Of a DNA stretch of 64,000 bases, positions 41,101-54,100 are shown in pieces. The first letter of the stretch is position 1. Every line of letters begins with the position of its first letter. Source of the DNA: Lytechinus pictus (taxonomy: Eukaryota); contig NC_087245.1 in assembly GCF_037042905.1 (NCBI RefSeq), positions 24,864,001-24,928,000 on the forward strand, written 5' to 3'. Position numbers and translations under genes: made by a program. The notes beneath the pieces are model-generated. The model worked only from the letters and a program-made list of their open reading frames with translations, ran no database searches and was not told the DNA's origin.

Positions 41101-43835
41101 ACATTTTGGATGAAGGCCGACTTGTTGTAGTATGATGAAAGGGTGACATTATGGTTGAAAGGGCGACTTGTTAGATGGAAGGCGTCTTGTTAGATGGAAG
41201 GCGTCTTGTTGCTCTATGATGAAAGGCGTCTTATTTCAGATGAAGGGGTGACACGTTGCAGTATGATGAAAGGGCGACATGTTGCTGCATAATGATGAAA
41301 GGGTCTCATATAGTAGGAAGGCGACTTGTGGCATTCTGGCGTCTTGTTGTTGTATGATGAAAGGGCGACATGTTGCAGTATGATGAAAGGGTGACATGCT
41401 GCTGCATTAAGATGAAAGGGACTCGAAAGGTGGCTTGTTGCTGTATGATGAAAGGCGTCTTGTTGTAAGATGAAAGGGCGACATGATTATTGCAGTATGA
41501 TGAAAGGGCGACTTGTTCTGCATAATGATGAAAGGGTCTGTTGTACGAAGTTGACTTGTTGTAGTATGATAAAAGCGTGTTATTTTTAATGAAAGGCGGC
41601 TTATTCTTGTATGATGAAAGGGAGACATCAAAGTTTTGGATGAAAGGTCACTTGGTGCTGTATGATGAAAAGGCGACAATTTGGATGAAAGACGATCTGT
41701 TGTATGATGATAGGGTGACATGTTAGATAAAGGCGACTTGTTGTGGTATGAAAGGGCGACATGTTGAATGAAAGGGCAACTTGTTTCTGTATGATGAAAG
41801 GGCGACAATTTAGATGAAAGGTGAATTGTTGCTGTATGATAAAAGGATGACATCTTGCTGTATGATGAAAGGGCGACATGTTGGATGAAAGGCGACTTGT
41901 TAATGTATGATGAAAGGGCGGCATGTTGGATGAAAAACGACTTGTATGATGAAATGGTGACATATTGTACGAAACGTGGCTTGTTGCTGTATGATGAAAT
42001 GCGTCTTGTTGTTGTATGATGAAAGGGCGACATGCTGAAATATGATGAAAGGGTGACGTGTTACTGTATAATGATGAAAAGGTCCATGTTGTACGAAAGG
42101 TGACTTGTTGCAGTATGATGAAAGGGCGCTATTTTGGCTGAAAGGCGACTTTTTCCTGTATGATGAAAGGGCGACATTTTGGATGAAACGCGACTAATCC
42201 TGTATGATGAAAGGGCGACATTTTGGATTAAAGGCGAATTATTCCTATATGATGGAAGGCCGACATTTTGGATGAAAGCTGTCTTGTTGCTGTATGATGA
42301 AATGCGTCTTGTTTCAGATGAAAGGGCGACATGTTGCAGTATGATGAAAGGGCGACGTGTCGTTGCATAATGATGAAAGGGTCTCATGACAGTTGACTTG
42401 TTGCATGATAAGGCGGCTTGCTTCTGTATGATGAAAGGATGAAAGACAACTTTTTGTAGCATGGTGAAACGGTGGCTTGTTCCTATGCGATGAAAGGGCG
42501 ACATGTTGGATGGAAGGCGAATTTTTTTCTGTATATATTGTACAAAAGGTGGCTTGTTGCTGTATGATGAAAGGGCGACATTTTGGTTGAAAGGGCGACT
42601 TGTTAATTTATGATGAAAGGGCGACAATTTAGATGAAAGGTGAATTGTTGCTGTATGATAAAAGGATGACATCTTGCTGTATGATGAAAGGGCGACATGT
42701 TGGATGAAAGGCGACTTGTTAATGTATGATGAAAGGGCGGCATGTTGGATGAAAGGCGATTTACTGCATTATGATTGAGGCAACATGTTGCTGTATGATG
42801 AAATGGCGGCATATTGTATGAAAGGCGACTTGTTGCTGTGTGATGAAAGGGTGACATGTTGGATGAAAGGTAACTTGTTGCGGTATGAAAGGGCGATATT
42901 TTGGATGAAAGGCGTCTTGTTTGAGATGAAAGGGCGACATGTTGTATGAAATGCGACTTATTGCATAATAAGGCAGCTTGTTGCTGTATGATGAAAGGTG
43001 ACTTGTTGTACTATGATGAAAGGGCGGCATTTTTTTTATGAAAGGCGAGTTGTTTCTGTATGATGAAAGGACAACATTTTGGATTAAAGACGACTAGTTG
43101 CAGTATGATGAAAGGGCGACATTTTGGGTGAAAAACTACTTGTAGTATGATGAAAGGGTGACATATTGTACGAAAGGTGGCTTTTTGCTGTTTGATGAAA
43201 TGCGTCTTGTTGCAATATGATGAAAGGGTGACGTGCTACTGCATAATGATGAAAAGTTTTCATGTTGCACGAAAGGTGACTTGTTGCAGTATGATGAAAG
43301 GAAGCTATTTTGGATAAAAGGCGACTTTTCCTGTATGATGAAAGGGCGACATGTTGGATGATAATCGACTTGTATGATAAAAGGCGTTTTGTTTCAGATG
43401 AAAGGGCGACATGTTGCAGTAAGATGAAAGGGCGACATGTTGCTGCATAATGATGTGAGGGTCTCATATAATACGAAGGCGACTTGTTGCAATCTGGCGT
43501 CTTGTTGTTGTATGATGAAAGGGCGACATGCTGCTGCATAAAGATGAAAGGGCCTCATGTTGTACGAAGGTGACTTGTAGTATGAAAGGGCGACATGTTG
43601 AATGAAAGGGTGATATTTTGCTTGGAATGCGACTTGTTGTATGTTGAAAGGATGACAAGTTTCTGTATGATGAAAGGGTCCCATAAAGGGCTTGTTGCTG
43701 CATGATGAGAGGGCGACATGTTTTATGAAAGGCGACTTGTTGCTGCATGACGAAAGGGTCATATGTTGTAAGATATGCGACTAGTTGCAGGATGATAACA
43801 GGGTGATATGTTGCTGTGTGATGCAAGTGCGACGT
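29143..43835. repeat. satellite 2: 21/24-bp monomers (gtatgatgaaagggcgacattttg / gatgaaaggcgacttgttgct, 45-bp dimer)
   Basis: Continuous 14.7-kb array of GATGAAAGG(G)CGAC motifs; G-rich and C-poor on the + strand. Confidence 0.97.
30868..42912. repeat. five near-identical 2401-bp higher-order repeats within satellite 2
   Basis: Identical ORFs recur at 31117, 33518, 35919, 38320 and 40721, a spacing of exactly 2401. A partial sixth copy lies at ~29925-30598 (offset 2402). Confidence 0.97.
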
Positions 43836-45661
43836 GTCGTATTCACTTTAGAAGTAGAAAAGTAATTTGCGAAAGTGTCTAAGTTCATAGTTGAAAGAAA
43901 GATGGCCCATTTGACGAATCATTTGTGGCAGGAAACCTGTAAAATAAACTTCGACCTTCAGAGGACCTGAAATTACTACTCAAACCATTGCATTTATGTA
44001 ATTTATACCGTAAGGTAGAAGACAATAAAGATTATAGATCACCTACAATCACATCTTACGAAAATAATATCCTACAAAAAATACCTAATAATTGTTTTAC
44101 TCGTATTCCCTTTACTCCATTCCTCTTTAATAACTTGATAAACTGTTCAGTTGTATCCATGTGAGCTTTGCTGTAAGAACGCTGCATTGATGTAGACCTA
44201 CAGGCCAAGTGACTTGCGAAGAGCTTGATTCATTTTTCATGAGGTTTCCCGTCGACAATGTTGCAGCTCCTCTTTAAAACAACGTGAAGGTATATTCACA
44301 TTCCTGTCCTATACGGCATAAAGTTTCATGAGGCTTTTCCAGGTCGACATGGTTCGAACAGGAGCTTCTCTACAAAACTGCGTGAACATAATGACGATCC
44401 GACCCCAGACCTGCATGGCATTAAAAAGAAACTATTAATAACATTTTTGTCTCGACTGATTGGCATCTTAACTTTATTTAATTTCAATTACATAACTCAT
44501 TTATCATAAAAGATCTAGAATTAAAAACTACCTTTGCGAATTGCTGTTAATAACAGTCATCCTGTTTGCAGAGTTTATTTCTACTTATGATCTAGATCTA
44601 AAGCCGGGATAATAGCAGCGATTTGTATCCTCGGGCAAAAAGCTCTATATAAATCCAGCTATCATTATTATCAACAGAAGTAGTCGTAGTAGTCTCTCAA
44701 AATAAGTATCAAACCAATGTTGCTGCTAGTTTTATGATGATCGATTTTAGCCTAATTTGTCGAAAGCCCTAAGATTCGCGGTAATTAAGGTATGTCTCCA
44801 TCACTGAGCATTTATTAGCTAGTTCTCAGTAAAAAAATCAAACCTAAATTACGAAATTTAAATTACAGCTATGTTAATTAACGAATGAGGCTTATATAAA
44901 TGACTGATTGGTATAAAGAAATTGTTAATGATTAATGATTTTAAACTTACCGCACTAATTCAAACGAACGATGTAATATGTCCGACACAGAAAGCATAAG
45001 CACAGTGATCAGCGACTCAACGAATAAACGCACTAATTATATTAACATTTTCTTTTTTGCTAGCCGAAAGTCGAAAGGCTAAATGCCAAACGATTGAACG
45101 TATAGCACAACCACAAATGTTTTTTTTTTTCGAAACAGTCGAACTATACAAGTCACGATAGAAAAAAAAATCTATAGGTGACAATGCAGCAATCCTCTTG
45201 ACATGAAACGAGCTAGTTTGAGAATAAGCTTAAACTGCCAGGCTCCTACTGGGGACCTAATGTATCAATTTTGCCTAGAAATCCTGACACTAAACTTGGC
45301 CTCAAGAAACCAGCTCGATAAAATTCATACTTTCATTAAGGTCATGAAGAGTCATCACTGTATTGTTCGACAAGTAAATTACTCGTGCAGTAATTTTGTT
45401 CACTTTCATAAAGTTTCCTCAGGAAAAACGCAGACAAAAGCCATGAATGATTAATAGCGTCCTATGCCCATATTCGTAAAACTTTACCGTAATCAAATTG
45501 TGACGATCTAAACTTGCCTCTTAGTTATACATGTGTAGATACTGTTGGGCCATTCCACACCAGTCCTGAAACAGAAACACAAAAAAATCCACGTTAATGA
45601 CACTTTGGTGCTAATAATGGTTTCCATGAATTCAAATATATAAATGCTAGTTATAGAATAT

Positions 45662-46525
45662 ACAAGTGGAGCGCCTCTGGCAGTCTCACCTGCATCGCGC
45701 GATTCAATATAGCAGCAGTGATAACTTTGAAAACTACTATCATTATTTACACAAAAAAACATTCATATAATGATACCATACTACGTTCATTGACAATAAA
45801 TGACATTTGACCTTGATCATGCGACCAAGACTTGTCAGTGATACTTGATTACCCATTTATCCACATTTTATAAACTATATCTATAAACTTTGAAAGTTAT
45901 GACAGCAATCTAATAATTACCTCCAACATGATCAAAGTTCAATGACCTTAAATGACCAATGACTTTAGTCATGTGACCTGAAACTCGCATGAGATGTTCA
46001 GTTATACTTGATTACTACTCTTATGTCCAGGTTTTATGAACTAGATCTATACACTTTCAAAGTTATGATGGTTATTCAACAAATACCCCCAACTTGGCCA
46101 AAGTTCGTTGACCTTAAATGATTGTCATGATTGTCCCAAGGGACCTTGCTCATGTAACCTGAAACTCATGCAGGATATTCACTGATAATTACTTTTATGT
46201 CAACGTTCATGAACTAGACCCATATAATATGATGACATTTCAAATACTTAACCTTGGGTAAGATTTCAATTTTGATTCCCCCCAACATGGTACTATTAAA
46301 TTCATTGACCCTAAATGACCTATGGCCTTGGTCATTGGCCTAAAACTCAGGCAGGATGGTCAGTGATACTCAAATACCCTTATGTTCAAGTTTCATTCGG
46401 CCTAAATAATTCCATGTTCTTTCTAAGTTATGATATTTCAAGTACTTAATCTTGGTTAAGATTTCAATGTTGATGACTCCACCTCACTTGTCGCCGCCGC
46501 TGGAAAACAGGCGTATACACTCTGT
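45662..46525. mobile_element. Helentron-associated (HINE/DINE-1-like) non-autonomous element, copy 1, lacking the distal subTIR
   Basis: Begins ACAAG; subTIR GTCTCACCTGCAT at 45683-45695; four ~150-185 bp internal TGACCT..TGACCT repeats; ends gccgccgctggaaaacaggcgtatacactctg without ATGCAGGTGAGAC. Confidence 0.7.
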
Positions 46526-46529
46526 TACA

Positions 46530-49500
46530 ACATTCAAATTCCATTAACCTATTTCTTTCCTGAACCTTTAAGTTAGCAAAGCAGACTTCAATATCTGTAA
46601 CCGATCAAGGTAATAAAGGGAGATAAAAGAAAGGAAGAAACTGGCTATATGTCTTGTTATACCTTTGAGGTATTGCTGATTTCAAAGTCAGTCTCTTACC
46701 TCGGTTAAAGATACTTCACAAAAAACACAATTTTATAAGATCAACTTCACTATTAGACTAAAAATATACATTTGCAATTCACAAAACATTCCGTTTCCAT
46801 GTACTTATTTCTTTCCTGAACCTTGAGTTAGCAAAGCTTTTCTCAGTATCTGTAACTGATCTAGGTAATAAAGAGAGAGGAATAGAGAGAAAAATAGAGA
46901 AAGAAAGGACAGGAATGGCTACTCCAATTAGAGTCATATTGCATAGGAGCTATTGCTGACTTCAAAGTCAGTCTTTTACCTCAGTTAAAGATACTTCACA
47001 TATGAAATACATAATTTTATGAGTTAAAACCCACTTCACTCTCAGACCAAAAATACATGTTCGGAATTCACAAAACAAAATTTTTTCCATGTTTATATCT
47101 TTCCTGAACCTTTGAGTTAGCAAAGCTTTTCTCAGTATCTGTAACCGATGTAGGTAATACAGAGAAGAGAAATAGAGGGAAAAAGAGAGGGAATGAGAAA
47201 GAAGGGAAGAGACTGGCCACTCCAATAGGTCACATTGCATAGGAGCTATTGCTGACTTCAAAGTCAGTCTTTTACCTCAGTTAAAGATACTTCACATATG
47301 AAATACATAATTTTATGAGTTAAAACCCACTTCACTCTCAGACCAAAATACATGGTCGAAATTCACAAAACAAAATCATTTCCATGTTTATTTCTTTCCT
47401 GAACCTTTGAGTTAGCAAAGCTTTTCTCAGTATCTGTAACCGATGTAGGTAATACAGAGAAGAGAAATAGAGAGAAAAAGAGAGGGAATGAGAAAGAAGG
47501 GAAGAGACTGGCCACTCCAATAAGTCACATTGCATAGGAGCTATTGCTGTCTTCAAGTCAGTCTTTTACCTCAGTTAAAGACACTTCACATGAGTTAAAA
47601 TCAAATTCACTCTCAGACTAAAAATATGCGCTCGGAATTCACACAACAATATTCCGATTCCATGTACTTCTTTCCTGAACCTTTGAGTTAGCAAAGCTTT
47701 TCTCAGTATCTGTAACCGATCGAGGTAATTAAAGAACGAGAAACAGAGAGAAAAAGGGAGAAAGAAAGGACGAGAATGGCTACTCCAATTAAAGTCATAT
47801 TGCATAGGACCTATTGCTGACTTCAAAGTCAGTCTTTTACCTCAGTTAAAGATACTTCACAAATATGAAATACATAATTCTATGAGTTAAAACCCACTTC
47901 ACTCTCAGACCAAAGATATGTTCCGAATTCACAAAACAAAATCGTTTCATGTTTATTTCTTTCCTGAACCTTTGAGTTAGCAAAGCTTTTCTCAGTATCT
48001 GTAACTGAACGAGGTAATAGAGAGAAAAGGAGAGGGAAGGAGAAAGAAGAGAAGAGACTGGCCACTCCAATAAGTCACATTGCATAGGAGCCATTGCTGA
48101 CTTCAAGTCAGTCTTTTACCTCAGTTAAAGACACTTCTCACGAGTTAATATTAAATTCACTCTCAGACTAAAAATATGCGTTCAGAATTCACACAATATT
48201 TCGATTCCATGTACTTCTTTCCTGAACCTGTGAGTTAGCAAAGCTTTTCTCAGTATCTGTAACCGATCGAGGTAATTAAAGAAAGAGAAACAGAGAGAAA
48301 AAGAGAGAAAGAAAGGCTACTCCAATTAAAGTCATATTGCATAGGAGCTATTGCTGACTTCAAAGTCAGTCTTTTACCTCAGTTAAAGATACTTCACAAA
48401 TATGAAATACATAATGTTATGAGTTAAACCCACTTCACTCTCAGACCAAAATAATATGTTCAGAATTCACAAAACAAAATCATTTCCATGTACTTAATTC
48501 TGTCCTGAACCTTTGAATTCGCAAAGCTTTTCTCAATATCTGTAACTGATCTAGGTAATACAGAGAGAGGAATAGAGAGAAAAGGAGTGAAAGAAAGGAC
48601 GAGAATGGCTTCTCCAATTAATTGCATAGGAGCTATTGCTGACTTCAAAGTCAGTCTTTTACCTCAGTTAAAAATACTTCACAAATATGAAATACATAAT
48701 TTTTTTAGTTAAAACCCACTTCACTCTCAGACTAAAAATATGCGTTCAGAATTCACACAATAATATTCCAATTCCATGTACTTATTTCCTGAACCTTTAG
48801 GTAAGCAAAGATATTCTCAGCATCTGTAACTGATCGAGGTAATAAAAGATATATAGATAGAAAAAGACAGGGAATGAGAAAGGAAAGAGACTGGCCACTC
48901 CAATAAGTCACACTGCAAAGGAGCTAAAGGCTTATTTCAAAGTCAGTATTTTACCTCAGTTAAAGACATTTCACATAAATACATAATTTAATGAGTTAAA
49001 ATCAAATTCACTCTGACTAAAAATATGCGTTCAGAATTCACACAACAATTTTCTGATTCTATGTACATGTACTTCTTTCCTGAACCTTTGAGTTACCGAA
49101 GCTTTTCTCAGTATCTGTAACCGATCGAGGTAATAAAGAGTGAGAAATAGAAAGAAATGAAGAGACTGGCTACTCCAATAAGTCACATTGCATAGGAGCT
49201 ATTGCTGACTTCAAAGTCAGTCTTTTACCTCAGTTAAAGATACTTCACATATGAAATACATAATTTTATGAGTTAAACCCACTTCACTCTCAGACCAAAA
49301 ATACTTGTTCGGAATTCACAAAACAAAATCATTTCCATGTTTATTTTTTTCCTGAACCTTTGAGCTAGCAAAGCTTTTTCTCAGTATCTGTAACCGATGT
49401 AGGTAATACAGAGAAGAGAAATAGAGAGAAAAAGAGAGGGAAGGAGAAAGAAGGGAAGAGACTGGCCACTCCAATAAGTCACATTGCATAGGAGCTATTG

Positions 49501-50281
49501 CTGTCTTCAAGTCAGTCTTTTACCTCAGTTAAAGATACTTCACATGAGTTAAAATCAAATTCACTCTCAGACTAAAAATATGCGTTCAGAATTCACACAA
49601 CAATATTCCGATTCCATGTACTTCTTGAACCTTTGAGTTAGCAAAGCTTTTCTCAGTATCTGTAACCGATCGAGGTGATTAAAGAAAGAGAAACAGAGAG
49701 AAAAAGAGAGAAAGAAAGGACGAGAATGGCTACTCCAATTAAAGTCATATTGCATAGGAGCTATTGCTGACTTCAAAGTCAGTCTTTTACCTCAGTTAAA
49801 GATACTTCACAAATATGAAATACATAATTTTATGAGTTAAACCCACTTCACTCTCAGACCAAAAATATATGTTCAGAATTCACAAAACAAAATCATTTCC
49901 ATGTACTTAATTCTTTCCTCAACCTTTGAGTAAGCAAAGCTTTTCTCAGTATCTGTAACTGATCTAGGTAAAAAGAGAGAGGAATAGAAAAAAGAGAGAA
50001 AGAAAGGACGAGAATGGCTACTCCAATTAAAGTCATATTGCATAGGAGCTATTGCTGACTTCAAAGTCAGTCTTTTACTTCAGTTAAAGATACTTCACAA
50101 ATATGAAATACATAATTTTATTAGTTAAACCCACTTCACTCTCAGACCAAAAATGTATGTTCAAATTTCACAAAACAAAATCATCTCCATGTACTTAATT
50201 CTTTCCTGAACCTTTGAGTTAGCAAAGCTTTTCTCAGTATCTGTAACTGATCTAGGTAATAAAGAGAGAGGGATAGAGAGA
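46530..50281. repeat. satellite 3: ~13 tandem ~255-300 bp monomers of two interspersed subtypes
   Basis: The marker gcataggagctattgctgacttcaaagtcag recurs at ~46941, 47237, 47532, 47802, 48082, 48339, 48624, 49190, 49486, 49752 and 50040. Confidence 0.95.
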
Positions 50282-51175
50282 ACAAGTGGAATGCCTCTGG
50301 CGGTCTCATCTGCATCACGCGATTCAATAGAGCAGCAGTGATGTTCAGTGATAATTGGTTACTTTTATGTCCACGTTTTATGAACTAGACCAATACACTT
50401 ACAGAGATATGATGGTAATTCAACAAATACCCCCAACATTGCAAAGTTCATTGACCTTACAAGACCTTTGACCTTGAACATGTGACCTAAAACTCGCACA
50501 GGATGTTCAGTGATACTTGATTACTCTTATGTCCAAGTTTCATGAGTCAGATCCATAAACTTTCAAAGTTATGATGGTAATTCAACAGATACCCCCATTA
50601 TGGCCAAAGTTCATTGACCTTTGACCTTGGTCATGTGACCTGAAATGCACACAGGATGTTCAGTGATACTTGATTACTCTTATGTCCAAGTTTTATGAAC
50701 TAGACCAATATACTTTCAAAGTTATGATGGTAATTCAACAGATACCCCCACTATGGCCAAAGTTAATTGACATTTGACCTTGGTCATGTGACCTGAAATG
50801 CACACAGGATGTTCAGTGATTCTTGATTACTCTTTATGTCCAAGTTTTATGAACTAGACCAATATACTTAAAAAGTTATGACATTTCAAAAACTTAACCT
50901 TGTTAAGATTTTGATGTTGATTCCCCAACGTGGTCTAAGTTCATTGACCCTAAATGACCTTTGACCTTGGTCATGTGACATGAAACTCGAACAGGATGTT
51001 AAGTAATACTTGATTAACTATACGGCCAAGTTTCATGAACTAGGTCCATATACTTTCTAAGTTATGCTGTCATTTAAAAAAAATAACCTTCGGTTAAGAT
51101 TTCGTGTTGACGCCGCCGCCGCCGTCGTCGGAAAAGCGGCGCCTATATTCTCACTCTGCTATGCAGGTGAGACAG
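50282..51175. mobile_element. Helentron-associated (HINE/DINE-1-like) non-autonomous element, copy 2, both subTIRs present
   Basis: ACAAG start; GTCTCATCTGCAT (50303-50315) and the inverted ATGCAGGTGAGAC (51161-51173); internal 153-bp tandem repeats (tgaccttg at 50469, 50622, 50775); (GCC)n near the end. Confidence 0.75.
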
Positions 51176-54100
51176 AAGCTATATTCACTGTATTTCAATT
51201 GACATTCATCAATATAATCATTGTTACGATGAACCTCATTTTATCTCTACTTCCTATCATATTACTAACACAATCATCGTAAACCTTTTTTTACTTCAAG
51301 CATGAAATAGCTTGGTTCTGGCATGGACCTATTGGTACTGGTAATGGTTTTCATAAATTTGAAGTAGAGATGAAGCACTATATAGATCTCGAATAAAATA
51401 CAAACTTCCATGTTGATCTTAATAGCTTGGCTTTGAAAGCGCGTTTCTATAAATTTGAATACACAAATTACGAGTTAGATCTACAATATGAAACAAACTT
51501 TTTTTATTATTTTAATCATTATTTAACCACCATCAGCTCAAACTTATTGGCTATTTCTGCATCGTATCATCATTATCACCCTATACCTGTTTTGTTACTT
51601 CTAATTCTGTTTCAGCTAGGTCTAAGAACAGACAGTTAGGCCCTTGTTTTGCCAGGAGTTTATGACTGTTCCCGTTTTCCTTTATAAGTTGATTCGTTGA
51701 TAATAACGTTTATCTAAAATCCACAGTACTTCTAGTACCAACCGTGGAAACTTGTCTACATCTACTAATATATTACGTACATGCAAGTATTTGCAAAAGT
51801 TCATACAGCAATTTCAATAACAAATGATAAAATCGTACTTATATCAATGATTGATGTTTACAAGACATGTAAAAATAATTCAGCAAAAAGAATGTTAATG
51901 ATATTAAACGTACCTTCAAACGAACGAGACGGTCGATGGTTGTATGCATATTGAGCAATGACTAAAGCGAGAAAAAAATGGTCGTACGAAAGATTTAACG
52001 AATAACCGATAGATGAACGAATATTTGAAAATTAACAGGTTTTCTGTTTGTTTTCTTGCTCGCCGAAAAACTAACTCCGGAAGGCGAAACGCTGAACAAA
52101 AGTTTTCGTCAAACAGTGTCAAAAGGCGCGACCTCAATTGTTTTTTCAGAATAGTCGAGCAACCCTAGTCACTTTCGAAAAAATATAACTTTTAGTTGAC
52201 AATGCAGCAATCTTCTTGACATGAATTAATAAATCTTAACGAGCTGGTTTAAGAATAAGCTTAAAAGTGTCAGGCGCCTATTGGGGACCTACTGTACAAA
52301 TTTTGCCTAGAAATCCTGACACTAAACTTGGCCTCACAAACCAGCTCAATAAAATTCATAGTTTCATTAAGATCATGGAGTGACTGCTGTATTGTTATAC
52401 AAGTTATAAAATACTAGCGCAGTTAGGTTTCCCCGGTTGAGACACCGACAAAACCCACGAAAGATTTTACTCTCGCGGACCAATATTCATAAAACCTTGT
52501 AAGTCTAGAAATCATCTATTGTGAACACGGGATGTGAACTAACTAGACTTGCCTCCTAGTTTTAGTGCTATGTTAGATATTCGGGAGCAATCCATACCTG
52601 AAACGTAAACATAAAAAATCCAAGTCAGTGAAATAGCTCGGGTTCGATAATGGTTTCTCTAACTTGTAATATACATGTATATATAATGTTAGTTCTTTAC
52701 CAATGTTATAAAACGATATTCACTGTCTTTGTTTTATTTGACAATAATCATTATCAATATCATAATCATCGGTACGATGAGCCTCATTTTATTTCTACTT
52801 TCTATCATTATTGCTAACACAATCATCATCATATACGTTTTTTGTTACTTCAAGTAAGCTTGGTTTTGATGTTTTCCATGAATCTAAATCATCAACCAAG
52901 CACTAGATCTAAAATAAAATACAAACTTCCATGTTAATTTAATAGATTTGTTCTGAAAGCGGTTTCTATAAGTTTGAATACACAAATTATGAGCTAGATC
53001 TACAATATGAAACAAACTTTATTTTCTAATTTATTTTATCATTATAACTACCATCGGTTCGACTAAACAATTTTTTGCTATTTCGGCATTGTATTCCTTA
53101 TCACTTTCATAATTATCACCTTAAACCTTTTTTTTTTGTTACTTCTACTTCTTTTTCAGCTAGATCAAATAACAGAAAGTCGAGCCTCTGTTTTGCCAGG
53201 AGTCTACATGTATGATTGTTATCATTTCCCCTTTCCTATCTAAAATCCACAATAACTTTAGTCCCAATACCAACCCTGTACATTTGTCTAGATCTACTAG
53301 TATTATTATATTACGTGCGTGTAACTATTGTTAAAACTTCAAACCACAATTTCAATAACAATTATACTTATATGAATGATTGATGTGTATAAAACATGGA
53401 AAAAGAATTGTCAAAAGAATGTGAATAGTATAGACGTACCTTCAAAGGAGCGAGACGGTCGATGATTATGTGCATATTGAGCATGACTAAAGGCAAGAAA
53501 CAAATGGTCGTATGAAAGATTCAGCGAATAGCCGTGTGGATGGACGAATAATTTAAAATTATATTTACAGGGGTTTTTTTCGCCGAAAACCTAACATCGG
53601 AAGGCTAACGCTGAACAATTTATTGTACGTTTAACGCGCGACCTCAACTTTTTTTTTCAAAATATAGTCGAGCTATCCCACTGAGGCTAAAAATTACGTA
53701 ACCTTTAGTGACAAAGCAGCAATCAACTTGACATGAAATAATAAATCTTAACGAGCTAGTTTAAGAACAAGCTTAAAGTGTCAGGCGCCTACTGGGGACC
53801 TAATGTATCAATTTTGCCTAGAAATCCTGACACTAAACTTGACCTCAACAAACCAGCTCGATAAAATTCATAGTTTCATTAAAATCAAGAAGTAGTTACT
53901 GTATTGTTCTACAAGGTAATTACTCGTGCAGAAATTTATTCATGTTGATAAGGTTTGCTCAGGTCTCCATAATAAATCCTTAATAAGTCCAGTAACTGTG
54001 GTAACCATCTTTTTTACTGATGACTATTCAAACTAGACTTGCCTCCTAGCTATATATTACTGTGTAGATATTTGGGGCATTCCATGTACCTGTAACATAA

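Noticed and set aside
29021..43826. Repeated 100-300 aa MSPFHH ORFs as real genes
   Set aside because: They arise from satellite composition, overlap in all three frames and switch frame constantly.
29143..43835. CRISPR-like array or tandem C/D snoRNA cluster (ATGATGA resembles box C)
   Set aside because: No unique spacers, no cas genes, eukaryotic context. Box D (CTGA) and terminal stems are not regularly present. It is a satellite.
46968..50064. Family of short MKSAIAPMQ ORFs as a tandem peptide gene cluster
   Set aside because: They start at TTG, vary in frame and length between monomers, and simply mirror satellite 3.
46530..50281. Hammerhead ribozyme in satellite 3 (several CTGAG motifs on the minus strand)
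   Set aside because: No CTGANGA-stem-GAAA-NUH arrangement with closing helices could be built.
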